Origin: Amphiscolops sp. MND2022
Lineage: Eukaryota
Assembly: GCA_964187785.1 (NCBI GenBank)
Contig: OZ076409.1
Coordinates: forward strand, 82,772,001 to 82,836,000
Length of the DNA: 64,000 nt
Reading direction: 5' to 3'
The position numbers and the translations under genes were made by a program. A model generated the notes under the pieces. The model saw only the letters and a program-made list of their open reading frames with translations, made no database searches and was not told where the DNA came from. Within the stretch, counting starts at the first letter, position 1; each line of letters begins with the position of its first letter. Below, piece by piece: positions 25,028-38,873 of this stretch.

Positions 25028-26211
25028 TTTGCCGCATTTTGAAAATCTTCCGGAAGTAAGTTGGAATCAAGGTTTCAATATGAAAACATTTCACGATGGA
25101 GGAAGTAACTTAAGTCAAAGCAGAACCCTGATCAAGTTTATGCTAAGAGAAACTATAGAACCAAACTGATGTCATCTCCATTTTCTAGAGGCAGAATTTG
25201 AGGGCACAAGTGACCGCTAGTCCTTTTGGAGATAGAGGGAATTCTTCGATAGCCTGCTTCTGGGCTCATAATCCACACAAAGTACTGTAGTCGAGTGGAC
25301 CGAAGGACGACAGTAATTGAGGCAATTCAAAATTCAACTGATAATCCAATATAAATGTGGAAATGCGTGACGAAAACAGTAAACTGTTAGAGGCTTTGCG
25401 GAGTACTGTACATCAAACACAGACTATATGTATGTAATATTTATGACACCCCTAAAATATTCCAACCTGACTGATTTACTCATTTAGTCTACCAAACTAA
25501 TAATCCTGAAACATTTAATTACACTTGGTACAGGATGTCGTGGCTAAAATCCTTTTCTTTGAATCCAGTTACACTGATCATCATCTAATATAAACCTTTC
25601 ATGATTGTGACCTGCCAGCAACATTCATGATACCATACATAATTTACCATATGGTAATATTACCATCTTAAACATCTTGGTTATTATTCAGTCATCTTCA
25701 TTTTTATTCCCATTATTACTGTAATTACTTAATTCTTCAATAAACGCGTCTAATTGGTCAATTCGTTGACTCTAGCCGTTTGGACCGGCGGTCTTCAACT
25801 GCATTAATTATGGCCATCTTATTGGCTGACGTCTTAGCTGAAGCCGCTTAGACCGGTGGTCTTTGATGGCGATCATTATTTATCAATTAGTTAGACAAGT
25901 TACCGCCTTCAGTGACGATTGTTAGGAGACTGCTGTTAAACAAACAAAATGAGAGGTACTTATAGACTTATTAACGAGCCCCTCAACCAACTGATGATAA
26001 TTATCAACCTTTTACCCTCACTTAAAAGGAAGAATTTAGGAATATTTAAGGAATATGCGACCCTGTTTCCCCGCGAAATCGCTTTCCGCCAATCTGGGGA
26101 AGACTCAGGGTCCATTGGACTAGAAAAATCATTCTACTCATTTTCAAGACACAAATTAGTTGATCCAACAAAATTGCTAAGGAAATCTTCCTTTCACGCT
26201 ACTGCAATAAA

Positions 26212-26415
26212 ATGTCACTCCAATTTGATGTGGAGGAATTCATCCGACCCTTGGTCAGCGCCCTATATGAGTCTTCTGATGAAGACATGGAGATCGATAC
26301 GGTATCCACAACCGTCGTTAACCGAAGTCTGGACGACGACAGTGGCATAGAAGTACTTGCATGCTATAGAGAAGCACCAATTTACCCTCCCCAGCTAACG
26401 CCGGTAGGGCTATGA
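26212..26415 (+). CDS. Small acidic accessory ORF of element B, unknown function
   Basis: 67-aa ATG ORF; its stop overlaps the next start (ATGA at 26412..26415). Confidence 0.45.
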   Translation: MSLQFDVEEFIRPLVSALYESSDEDMEIDTVSTTVVNRSLDDDSGIEVLACYREAPIYPPQLTPVGL

Positions 26416-27038
26416 CTTTCGACCTACCAACTGGTGGAGAAGATCAAGACTACCTACAATGTGGCCCATCAGGATCAATTGGCTCAACCTTTGACCCTTC
26501 GGACAGCCTGATAGATTGGGTACTTGTTAGCCCACCTTTGCAGACTTGTGCGGACGGAGACCCGAATCACCGTATGGCGAATTGTAGCCGGATCGGTCCA
26601 ATTCCGTACTCACCGATGTCGCCCCCGTTAGCCGATCAGGGACCGACTCAAGGTCAATACCATACTCAGCGGCAAGCAGAACAAGATAATGAAATTACTT
26701 GGGTAACAAACCAACACATCACTGGACTAGCGATCAGTACTAACAAACTTTGCGGAGAAGCAAATTACGCCCAGCATGGCGATTGTACTGTGTGTGGAAA
26801 GTCCTACGCTAAGATCCGAGAGGAAATGACGCTAGGATATTTGGAACAGACCCACGTACCTGGCGAAACTTATGCTCAACGGATAAGACGCCGGGACGCC
26901 TTTGAAGCAGGAATGAGAGCAGCAAGTGTGATTTTAGTCCCAGGGGGAGTGTCGCAAGCTGCCGCTTGTGATGGAATACTCTATCAGATACCAGGAAATA
27001 GCGCTCTTAACCCCCCACCAGGAGTATTACCAATATAA
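26412..27038 (+). CDS. Accessory ORF of element B reading through the PPT into the 3' LTR, unknown function
   Basis: 208-aa ORF with a C-x7-H-x2-C-x2-C cluster (CGEANYAQHGDCTVC); last 89 nt lie in the LTR. Confidence 0.55.
   Translation: MTFDLPTGGEDQDYLQCGPSGSIGSTFDPSDSLIDWVLVSPPLQTCADGDPNHRMANCSRIGPIPYSPMSPPLADQGPTQGQYHTQRQAEQDNEITWVTNQHITGLAISTNKLCGEANYAQHGDCTVCGKSYAKIREEMTLGYLEQTHVPGETYAQRIRRRDAFEAGMRAASVILVPGGVSQAAACDGILYQIPGNSALNPPPGVLPI
26942..26949 (+). promoter_or_regulatory. Polypurine tract of element B
   Basis: AGGGGGAG abutting the 3' LTR start TGTCGC. Confidence 0.8.
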
Positions 27039-28612
27039 TCAACAATGGACCATTGGTACAACGCCTACAAACAATATATCTTACTGTTGCATTGTAAATT
27101 AACTTCGCACATATTCGACCTTAAGTCGATTTGGCTACAACAATCTTTTGTATTAATTAAACGGATTACTAGTCACTTTTAATATGTTTTAATATTAGTT
27201 TTATCTGTGTTTGAAATACTTGTCAAAGATTGGCAAATTGTTGTAATGTTAGAATATAAACGGTGCTGTAATTTGATAATTGAATTGAAACGCACAAGTA
27301 AGCAGGTTACAGGAAACGAGTTCAAATGATCGTTTCTTGTAGCTTGCTGTACGCGGCGTCATCCAATACATTGACCAATCACAGCGCTGTATTTAAGTAC
27401 ATTTATTGTAGACGCACGGACTGGTGGTCCGTCCTAATATTGTTTGCTGTTACCATTAAACTGCTGTACTAAGTGCTGTAGACGCATGGACCAGTGGTCC
27501 GCCATAGTGCTTTTGATTTAAAATAGTACTTACAAATAGAATTAAGTGTTTAGACGCAATTTAGATCCAATTTAGTGTTGTTTATCAATACATTACCAGT
27601 CTACTTGACTGGATGTCATGTATTATTTAAACGATCATGTATTTTACATAACATTCAAACATGTACTCATATTCTTGTAAAATCTTCATAAGTAGACCCT
27701 GAGGCGAGACCGCCTAACCTACCAACCTGGCTTTGATGCTATTTTTAACCATAAATGTAAAATGATGCAATATAGACGTCATCCCGTGGGTCTATTTCGG
27801 GAATTAATAAACTATTAATAGTAACATGACGGCCTAAATTACTGGTGTCATGTAGTGCAAGGTATATATACCCGGGACCTTCAGTCCGAAGGACACAACA
27901 ATTGATCTCGATAAAACTTGCAATACACTCACATCACTGATTTGTTCTAATATTTTGCTTACGTTCTGTTGTTTGAAATAGTTTTCAATTGACTATTTGA
28001 AAATACCAGATTTCTCCATGCCTTCCATTAGAAAGCAGAAAGCCAAAGAAAGGCGTTCTAGGCAATTGGACATCATGTCCGACGTAGAGAATGTTGATAT
28101 ATTGCTTGGAAGTTATGATAGGGATGATGAAAGAGCAGAACGAAGCGAAAGTGAACTTAATTTGGACTCAGGGTCCAATAGACTACACCAAAATCCAAAC
28201 CTAGTAGGAGAAGACTTTAGGTCTTTACTCAATACTAATAGTAGAGAGAATAGCGAAGTTACTGTAGAGACCACTAGATTGATCAATGAAGAAATTTCCA
28301 ATCAAATGTCAAGGAGGTTGAATGAAATTAAATCTAGTTTAAATCCACAAATACAAAACGCAATATCAGCTGCAATAGCTGATACTGTACTCCCTTCCAT
28401 TCAAAATACGCTGGAAACGCAGGGGAGAACGAATTTTACTACAATGGACCGAGGGTCCAACGGGCTACATCCCAGCCCGATGGAAGGAGATTTCACCAAA
28501 GAGGACCGAAGGTCCAATGGGCTACAATGGAACTCAGGAGCAGAAAATCCGCTGAAAACATGGGAAAATCGCCCCAAAATGTGTTATACACATGAAAGCA
28601 ATAGACTAAGGT
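26950..28612 (+). repeat. 3' LTR of element B, lacking its last ~48 bp
   Basis: Matches 12756..14423 with scattered substitutions and small indels; identity stops at ...GACTAAGGT. Confidence 0.92.
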
Positions 28613-29899
28613 TTTTAACCCAACTTCTAAAAGTAAAATCTTGGGAAAGTAAATTGAATCTAACTTAGCTTGATAAAACAAAAACGCTACACAATTGATT
28701 CAATTTGATTCAAATTTATTCTCCACCACTTTCAAAACGTTTCCTAGAATTCATTTTTTTTTCACTTTCTTCGAAACAATTTTAACAGGAAAACTTTTCA
28801 TTAACACAGACTGATCCACTCCAAGGCTTTAGATTGATATTGCTAGAACGTTCAAAATATTTAAAACTTGCTGAAAACCAAAGGTACGCAAAATCAATTG
28901 GAAATAAAACTGTCAATTATCAAAACTCAATTCCATTAATAGAGAATGGATTCAAACATCAATTGCAATTATTTGGACACTTTGTTCTGGGTCACGGCAA
29001 CAGTTTTTGACCAAAGTTGACCTTCGACGTTCAAAAAAAGCTACATTATTTACAATCTTAATGGAAGTAACTTTTGTTGCAAATTGTTAAATGAAAAACC
29101 TGCTCCGCTGGAAAAAGTATCGCCATATTTGACGTTAGCCTAAAATATCGAATATGCTAATAATTGCTTCTTCCAGAGGTTTTCATGAGTTTCCTTCATT
29201 CAATATGGTGGAGCAATTTAGTGCATTCCTGTTGAGCGTGAGCTAAGAATTTTCCATTTAATTTCAAGTTATTGATCTTGATTTGCCAAGTGACTGACAT
29301 TCATTGTGTTTATGTCAACTAATTGGTCTCCAAATAGTTGCAATTAGTTGATCCTGAAATGACATTTGCGTTCCCCTGCTGAACACTTCTAAAAAAATCT
29401 GTAATTTTGTGTGATGGATCTTCATTGCTCAATCATGAGTTCCCATAAAAGCCATGATCATGGGTCAATATACTTGATTAGCGTCATGAGATCCACAATA
29501 GATGAATATCCGTGATTCTTATCAAATGACAAACCATTCATGATTACTTACCCATGAAATCGAACGTAATGTGAGGAAAACGCCATAATTATAGATGCCG
29601 CGAACTTGCTAGCCTCAATATTCGCCATCGGTCGATTCTAAATCGACATGGAATCTGGTTAAAACTGTTTCAATTAATTGTTCTATAGTTTTCGTAGATT
29701 GCTCAGCACTTTTCTTATGGTTTTGTAAAACTTTACGGAAACTTCCATGTGTTAAAACTGCTTGAAATATGCAACCTGATTTGATTTTTGAAATTGATGG
29801 GGACCCATTCTAAGTTTCAAAGTCATATTCAGCGTGCAATTTGGCTAACGGTGATTACATGAGTTGAGTCTTCGAGAAACTAAAGTGTGAAACGAAGTT

Positions 29900-30430
29900 T
29901 ATACAGTGGTCGCCCCATAGCAACCTCACTAAATTTTTCCGTGCAGGTTCATGGATTTTTCGAGGTTTTATGAAATAAAAACTAGTCATGAAACACTTTT
30001 CAGCACCGCTTTCAGTTCTTTTTCGAGACAAATGAATTTTTCCATGTGAAAAAAATTGATAATCCCTATCTGGAAATATGTCTCAAACGAACTGTTGACC
30101 GCAATGGATTTCTACAAAAAGAAAGGATTTTTGAAAACTTTCAGCGGCGTGTACCACCTTTTTTACGTGCCAAAAAATATCACAAACGTTACACAAGTTA
30201 CAGATCGAAGTTGGTTCTACAAAATTTTGGGCCACAATACATTGTGGATGTATAATTACTGTTACCTGAAATATGGAACGAAATATTCGCATGTTCAAAT
30301 TGGGGACTCAGATGAGATGCCTCTGTTCAATTTCACCAAATATGGAAATATAATGAACGCCATAAGAGACACAGAGATGGTTTACAAGGAAAGGAGAGGA
30401 GAAGACCTCGAAAGGGATCATGTGTTCTAA
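29900..30430 (+). pseudogene. GT92-like glycosyltransferase pseudogene fragment, copy 1
   Basis: AMDFYKKKG...MYNYCYLKYGTKYSHVQIGDSDE resembles the GT92 NxC-L...DxDE motif; +1 frameshift in the A-run at ~30055. Confidence 0.6.
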
Positions 30431-32900
30431 AGAGATTAGCTGGAAACGCACGTTTTTATTATCGGAAATCTGTTACAAACTAAATTTCAGACCGCTAAAA
30501 AGTAAGCCCTTCAAATTTAACCAAGATTGTCAGATTTTTGGTGTTCTGTCCTACTACGAAACAAGCTTGAGGCTCAAAGGTAGCCAATGCACTGTGAAAA
30601 TGCGTAGATTTTTAGAGGAATCAACATTTTGATCCTTTTTGATTCATCTGGTCCCAGTAAGGCAACCCTTGATTCGCGAGAATACGCTTAGTTACGAAGT
30701 ATTTTCTTATTCAACAAAGTGAATACCAGTGCCTAACCTACCAGTTTTTTCATATTGATTACTCCTTTCGACTTTCGGTCCTTTTAACACGCTGTTCAAA
30801 CACTAAACTGCTTATATTGTTCCAAAATTGCCAATTGGATACTAGATATAGTCGTTGCTGAAAGTTAACATCATTCTAATCGACGAAGAAGCTCGAAAAT
30901 TTTACAAAAATTATACGAAAACATTGGATTTTGGAAAACGATAATTTTGAAGTTTTAGCGGCATTTCTGAAGTTTTTTCTACCTGCAAAACTGCAAATTG
31001 TTCCATTGAAGGTGAACTGCGTAGGTAATTATTCCGTTTAGAGGTTGATGGACAACAATTACTTGACGAAAAAGGACGAAAAAGGAGTTTTACATTTTCG
31101 AAGAACTTTTTCAGGAACTTTGAAAATTTTTTGCAAAAGTGCAACTTCTTTTTGAAACCCGTACTGGTAGCTACATGTTTCGACCCTGAATATGGATTTT
31201 CTAAATTAAATGAACATTCGGGAATGTCTCAACTTTGAAGTTGGAAGTTAGGGTCGATGAAAGAGGAACTTTGGGATTTTCGACTCCTTTGATCTCAAAC
31301 TCGAGGAATTTTATACAGTTTTATGACAAAAACAGCACTTTGATAAGCATATTGTTTGAACGTTCACGTTAATGGAAGTTCTATCATACAAAACATTTCG
31401 TGAATTAGAGAAAAATTTGGAAACTGCTGAGGTTGTAAAGGGGGTTGTTCACAAAAGCGCGGCTGATATTGCAGAACTAGAGTTACTATTTTTTTTTCAA
31501 AAGTTTGTGCAAAAGGTGAAATTCCAGAGTTTTGCATTCAATAAATTTTCAATATTGGGTATTTGTAAAGCCTGACTATCAATTAGTACTTAGTAATCGT
31601 GAGGAGACACTGCAGTTACTACGCTTGATAGTCCAAAATAGTAACGATAGAAATCTATTAATATATCCAAACTACATGGCATCAGAAGTTGCTAATAGAC
31701 GCCGTGATTCTCACAATAAGGTGCAATAAAGCCAAATTGCTTCTTAAACTGCACTAGGAATTCATCCGAATTTTGTACCAAGGCTTCATAGTCCGTATGA
31801 CCAAAATTATACGGTTTTTAAATATTCCTGTATGATGAACTTTTTAACATCATCATATTGTTACCCTAAAAATTTCGCAAAAAATGCTAACATTGTGTCA
31901 TTTTTACGTGCAATCATCATGCTTTTTTACAGCGAAATAGTATATATGCTGTTAACGGTATACTGAATTTGAATGTAAATGTCCGGCTGTTTTCAGTGCT
32001 CAAGCGTAGTTTTTTTAACAGTCTCCAAATTAGAGTCAGGACAGGTGACAGAGGGTCCTAACAAATTCAAAGTGATGAGCACTTTCAAATCAAGTAAAGT
32101 TTTTTTCAAATGTGTTCAATTTGTCATCAAAGTTTGTGTTCCTTCATTCTCAACTTCAAGATCAAAGAATCCGATTTTTTAGAATGGCGTTGACTGTTTC
32201 ACATGCACTGCTCACCGGACAAATCACAGGCAGAATGCCTCAAAGAATACATCAATTTCTAATTCAACAATAGGAACATTGTCACATCCAATATAAACAA
32301 CAATTATACCACAGAAGGCCCTTGCGTCATTACGACGCCAAACAGGGAACTTTGGTTTTTTCAAGAATTGAGGAAAAATGGCTTTTGCGACTACCAAAAT
32401 GTGTTTTCTAGAAATGAGGAAAAAAGTGAACTTCAAAGTCCCGCCAATTTGACAGAAGATTTCAGACAATTTTATTGAGAGTGCAAAATTGAAATTTTCA
32501 AGAAATGAGCAAATGGGTTTGTGGATCCTTCATGACAAACCATTCATGATTACTTACCCAAGAAATAGAACGTAATGTGAGGAAAACGCCATAATTATAG
32601 ATGCCGCGAACTAGCTAGCCTCAATATTCGCCATCGGTCGATTCTAAATCGACATGGAATCTGGTTAAAACTGTTTCAATTGTTCTATAGTTTTCGTAGA
32701 TTGGTCAGCACTTTTCTTATGGTTTTGTAAAACTTTACGGAAACTTCCATGTGTTAAAACTGCTTGAAATATGCAACCTGATTTGATTTTTGAAATTGAT
32801 GGGGACCCATTCTAAGTTTCAAAGTCATATTCAGCGTGCAATTTGGCTAACGGTGATTACATGAATTGAGTCTTCGAGAAACTAAAGTGTGAAACGAAGT

Positions 32901-33431
32901 TTATACAGTGGTCGCCCCATAGTAACCTCACTAAATTTTTCCGTGCAGGTTCATGGATTTTTCGAAGTTTTATGGAATAAAAACTAGTCATGAAACACTT
33001 TTCAGCACCGCTTTCAGTTCTTTTTCGAGACAAATGAATTGTTCGATGTAAAAAAAGTGATAATCCCTATCTGGAAATATGTCTCAAACGAACTGCTGAC
33101 CGCAATGGATTTCTACAAAAAGAAAGGATTTTTGAAAACTTTCAGCGGCGTGTACCACCTTTTTTACGTGCCAAAAAATATCACAAACGTTACACAAGTT
33201 ACAGATTGAAGTTGGTTCTACAAAATTTTGGGCCACAATACACTGTGGATTTATAATTACTGTTACCTGAAATATGGAACGAAATATTCGCATGTTCAAA
33301 TTGGGGACTCAGATGAGATGCCTCTGTTCAATTTCACCAAATATGGAAATATAATGGACACCATAAGAGACACAGAGATGGTTTACAAGGAAAGGAGAGG
33401 AGAAGACCTCGAAAGGGATCATGTGTTCTAA
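32901..33431 (+). pseudogene. GT92-like glycosyltransferase pseudogene fragment, copy 2
   Basis: Duplicate of copy 1; in frame across the A-run but with a CGA>TGA stop at ~33207. Confidence 0.6.
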
Positions 33432-35639
33432 AGAGATTGGCTGGAAACGCACGTTTTTCTTATCGGAAATCTGTTACAAACTAAATTTCAGACCGCTAAA
33501 AAGTAAGCCCTTCAAATTTAACCAAGATTGTCAGATTTTTGGTGTTCTGTCCTACTACGAAACAAGCTTGAGGCTCAAAGGTAGCCAATGCACTGTGAAA
33601 ATGCGTAGATTTTTAGAGTAATCAACATTTTGATCCTTTTTGATTCATCTGGTCCCAGTAGGGTAACCCTTGATTCGCGAGAATACGCTTAGTTACGAAG
33701 TATTTTCATATTCAACAAAGTGAATACCAGTGCCTAACCTACCAATTTTTTCATATTGATTACTCCTTTCGACTTTCGGTCAATTTAACACGCCGTTCAA
33801 ACACTAAACTGCTTATATTGTTCCAAAATTGCCAATTGGATACTAGATATAGTCGTTGCTGAAAGTTAACATCATTCTAATCGACGAAGAAGCTCGAAAA
33901 TTTTACAAAAATTATACGAAAACTTTGGATTTTGGAAAACGATATTTTTGGAGTTTTAGCGGCATTTCTGAAGTTTTTTCTACCTGCAAAACTGCAAATT
34001 GTTCCATTGAAGGTGAACTGCGTAGTTAATTATTCCGTTTAGAGGTTGATGGACAACAATTACTTGACGAAAAAGGAGTTTTACATTTTCGAAGAACTTT
34101 TTTAGGAACTTTGAAAATTTTTTGCAAAAGTGCAACTTCTTTTTGAAACCCGTACTGGTAGCTACATGTTTCGACCCTGAATATGGATTTTCTAAATTAA
34201 ATGAACATTCGGGAATGTCTCAACTTTGAAGTTGGAAGTTAGGGTCGATGAAAGAGGAACTTTGGGATTTTCGACTCCTTTGATCTCAAACTCGAGGAAT
34301 TTTATCCAGTTTTATGACAAAAACAGCACTTTGATAAGCATATTGTTTGAACGTTCACGTTAATGGAAGTTCTATCATACAAAACATTTCGTGAATTGGA
34401 GAAAAATTTGGAAACTGCTGAGGTTGTAAAGGGGGTTGTTCACAAAAGCGCGGCTGATATTGCAGAACTAGAGTTACTATTTTTTTCAAGAGTTTGTGCA
34501 AAAGGTGAAATTCCAGAGTTTTGCATTCAATAAATTTTCAATATTGGGTATTTGTAAAGCCTGACTATCAATTAGTACTTAGTAATCGTGAGGAGACAAT
34601 GCAGTTACTACGCTTGATAGTCCAAAATAGTAACGATAGAAATCTATTAATATATCCAAACTACATGGCATCAGAAGTTGCTAATAGACGCCGTGATTCT
34701 CACAATAAGGTGCAATAAAGCCAAATTGCTTCTTAAACTGCACTAGGAATTCATCCGAATTTTGTACCAAGGCTTCATAGTCCGTATGACCAAAATTATA
34801 CGGTTTTTAATTATTCCTGTATGATGAACTTTTTAACATCATCATATTGTTACCCTAAAAATTTCGCAAAAAATGCTAACATTGTGTCATTTTTACGTGC
34901 AATCATCATGCTTTTTTACAGCGAAATAGTATATATGCTGTTAACGGTATACTGAATTTGAATGTAAACGTCCGGCTGTTTTCAGTGCTCAAGCGTAGTT
35001 TTTTTAACAGTCTCCAAAATAGAGAATCAGGACAGGTTGCAGAGGGTCCTAACAAATTCAAAGTGATGAGCACTTTCAAATCAAGTAAAGTTTTTTTCAA
35101 ATGTGTTCAATTTGTCATCAAAGTTTGTGTTGTTCCTTCATTCTCAACTTCAAGATCAAAGAATCCGATTTTTTAGAATGGCGTTGACTGTTTCACATGC
35201 ACTGCTCACCGGACAAATCACAGGCAGAATGCCTCAAAGAATACATCAATTTCTAATTCAACAATAGGAACATTGTCACATCCAATATAAACAACAATTA
35301 TACCACAGAAGGCCCTTGCGTCATTACGACGCCAAACAGGGAACTTTGGGTTTTTCAAGAATTGAGGAAAAATGGCTTTTGCGACTACCAAAATGTGTTT
35401 TCTAGAAATGAGGAAAAAGTGAACTTCAATGTCCCGCCAATTTGACAGAAGATTTCAGACAATTTTATTGAGAGTGCAAAATTGAAATTTTCAAGAAATG
35501 AGGAAATGGGTTTGTGGATCCTTCACAATATTAATAATATATGGTTCCCATGTTTAATAATGGGTGTGAACATTCTTCGATCTTCGTCAATTCTTCAAAA
35601 TTTTCTGGATTCAAAATTTAGTTGTGTAATTTCACACGA

Positions 35640-35815
35640 AGCGAAGAATCCACAAAATTTTAGTAACCAATTTAGTGAAGAATCCTCGTCAACTAATAAT
35701 TGCTGAAATGAAGATTCAACACAGTTCCAAGAATCCACAAAAAATTTAGTGACCTAATTAGTGAAGAATCCCCGCAAACTAATAATTGCTAAAATGAAGA
35801 TACCACAAAATTTCA
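35640..35815. repeat. Short tandem duplication (~85-bp unit)
   Basis: AAGAATCCACAAAA..TTAGTGAAGAATCC..CAACTAATAATTGCT..AAATGAAGAT occurs twice. Confidence 0.6.
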
Positions 35816-36989
35816 AGAAATCAGGAAATCAGTGAAAATTTTGTTTCGGCGATTCTTCGCAGGTTACGCAAGTATTATTGCAAGAATCCAGAAAATTGTT
35901 TCACTCCACTTTGCTCATTTCTTGAAAACCCACGTAATGTAATCGATGTGAAGAATCCACACCACACTGAAGCAGATCTGTTGCAGTCAAAAGTTCCCTG
36001 TTTGATGTCGTAATGGTATCGGAAGTATTTTCTGTTCAATCAAATCGGGTTTCACTGTGATCGATTAAGGAAAAGTGAAATTCATACAAGGATCAGTTAT
36101 TAACAAAAATGGAGGTAATAGAATGATAGTATATTTACAAATCGCATTACTAACAATGTTTTTTTTTCAATTGTCATATAAAGTTTCATACATACAATAC
36201 AAATCTTGGCTTTTGAGACATTTCGTCAATTGAAAATCTAAAATACAGTGCAATTCCAAAGTTTTGCCTGCATTTTTAGCTGTCTAGTTTTTTGCAACCA
36301 TTGTGTATGTTGTTCGAAGTTAATTGTCATCAGTAATGCAAATCCAAAAAACGACGGTATAACTTCCCGAGTTTTCATTAACTTGAAAACGTCTAATCAT
36401 CTTATATTTTTTTGGAAACATGATCCTTCACCTGAAGTTTTGTAATGGGCGACAACCACAGACTAATGAGGTGCAAGACAAACGAGACCAAGTTGAACGG
36501 TGCTGAAACCCGAGAAATTTTGGTCCGTCAACCAAAGCAAGTGTTTCGCTTAGCTCGGAAATTCTCAATAGAGGATGTGTTGAAAAACGACAGCCGTATT
36601 CTTTCACGACATCTGGAGTCCGTCTTCAAAAACAGTTGTGGCAAATCTATTTATAGGGTGAATTTCTCTTTGCAGGTTGGTTGAATGGGAGAGAAAGTCT
36701 TAAACGTGCAAGTTTCAAAGAACTATCGTGCCGATCTGGAAAACCTGTAAATGATTTACTGATACCCCATGGCTTGTTTGCATCATTTCGTTACAGTACA
36801 AAACAGATGTTTTCAAATATTCCAAGAGAAACAAATGTTATGTATTAGCTTTTTTTCTCTTTTGCAACAATTTTTGTTTTTACGCGATCAATGTGCTGTT
36901 TTTAAATCAAACTTTCCATGCACATAATTGTGACAACGCACTTACATATTATATCCGCGCTCCCATTTTTTCATTCATTTGGATCTAAC

Positions 36990-37528
36990 TTTTAGTCGGC
37001 GCTTTTCTTGAAAAAAGTGCCTGACTATTACAGTGGCTATTTTTTTTCGTCAGACAACCGAGCTCACCCGGCATGTTCAACGTTTTAGTAGACTTTGATC
37101 GGCTTAGGGTGAACCCAGTGGTCGCGGGTTCGATTTTTTTGGGCACTGTGAGACTTTTTTTCGAATTTTTTAATGCCTCCAAAGGCCCCCTTCAAATTTT
37201 TGATATTTTGCAACAAACTGGAGTTTCAGAAAGACCGAAGGGACTCCCTTCTTACATTTTTCGGCACTATGACGATTTAAAATTCGATTTCTCAAAATAT
37301 ACCCACAAATTATTTTTTTCAATGCTACCCGAAATTTTGACGTAACATCCGGTGTAAAGCGCTATATCCGAACTTTTGACGTTATACCCGAAGTATATTG
37401 CGTTTTACTAAGGAGGAGGCGGCGTTTCGAAAGCAAGAGTTTTTCATGAAAACGTCCTGCGCATAACTAAAAAACTGCGTTTTTTGAGCCTCAGATATAG
37501 CGCCAACTTTTGACGTTCCCGTCTTTTT
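36990..37528 (+). mobile_element. Diverged HINE/DINE-like element
   Basis: Starts TTTTAGTCGGCGC..GTGCCTGACT, ends GAGCCTCAGATATAGCGCCAACT followed by a GACG-N4-CGTC hairpin; reverse-complement similarity to 10110..10645. Confidence 0.75.
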
Positions 37529-38873
37529 CATTTTGGAAAATCAACAAGTTTTCTATTTTCATAGGTCTGGTATCACTGGAATTGGATCAAACTATCGGAA
37601 GTCAATTATTTCAAGGACAAAAGTGATGTAAGTGATTTGGAAAACTTTTACATGGTCGGAAGTAGTAAACGCAAGACTATGCAGGGTCGCCAAGCTGTTC
37701 AAATTGTGGAATATTATCACTCAAGACTCAGGTAAACTCCTCTACTGATCACTGTTTCAAGAAAATTCAACGTCATTATTGAATTGGGTGATAGATCTAA
37801 GAAACATAAAAGCAGTTAAACATCCGGAATGATTAATCTGTAGTCAGTCTAAATGGAGCTTTTTATAGCACTCTAATGAAACGTAAGTTTCAAAATCCAA
37901 CTTTGTAGACCTACAGATAGTTGCAAAAAAACAGAAATTTGAAGTTCTTCAAAACTTGAAGACTTATAATGCATGAAAAGTTATTTGTGAAAGTTTCGTT
38001 CGCTTTTTATTTAGTCAGCCCAGTTTTCTTCTCGGTAGAGTTAAATTTTTCTTCCTTCATCTTTTTTAGCATCTAAGGGCACCGTATATTGACGGAAATA
38101 CAAAACACCTTCAAATGGTCCACTTTTGCTGGCCGTACTATTTCTTTTTTTTTACAAAACTAGAAGAAAGAAAATGGTCCCTTCGGATTTTCTCGATTTT
38201 TTTTTGCATTTTGAGATTTTTCGAAAACAGTTTGGTACCTACAGGGTTCGCTTTGAATAATTTGGCATTTTTGGAACCAAATGGAAGCGAAGAGAGCCTA
38301 AATTTGAAGTTTACGATAGATTTGTTCATCTCATTTTTTCAGTGGAACTTTGTCAGAAACTGATGAAGAATACTGCAGTCACCCAGAGAATTGGAAAAAA
38401 GTTGACTACTTGGATCAGATCAGGGAAAAACTCTTCTTCAATATTTTCAAAACTTCTCGAGAAGCAGGTCTTTTCAAATCATGACAAAAGCTGTGGAAAT
38501 AAAGATGTATCAAGTGGTGATTGCTTAGCAAAGGTGTTTGAATTTATAGTCTGAGGGTTATTTGTCACATCACGACCTAAATTTCGGAATCATTGCGCCT
38601 CGGGCGAGCTGTTGTGTTCGAAATAGTCCACTTGATGTTCAGGTTAGTTTGGTAAAACCATAAAATATCACTAAGAGAAAGTTTAACCTTAGAAATCAAA
38701 AGAACTCAATGAGGTGAACAAATTTGGTAGCAGAACATGTTAAGTATCCATTGAGTAGGGGAAGAGAGCCTTCTAGGCCCCATGAGCGAGAAACAATTTT
38801 GCCACTATGAAAATCAGAATTCAAAGATACAGCGCCAAATTTCTGTCAACGAAATTCTTTCTAATTGAACGTA

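Larger units (their letters stand above)
12756..28612 (+). mobile_element. Element B: ~15.9-kb Ty3/Gypsy LTR retrotransposon with an antisense spliced cargo gene
   Basis: Direct repeats 12756..14471 and 26950..28612; PBS; PPT; gag with two CCHC knuckles; pol in PR-RT-RH-IN order. Confidence 0.95.
29526..35525. repeat. Tandem segmental duplication, two ~3.0-kb units (29526..32531, 32532..35525)
   Basis: Both units start ATGACAAACCATTCATGATTAC and end ...GTGGATCCTTC(A); near-identical throughout. Confidence 0.95.
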
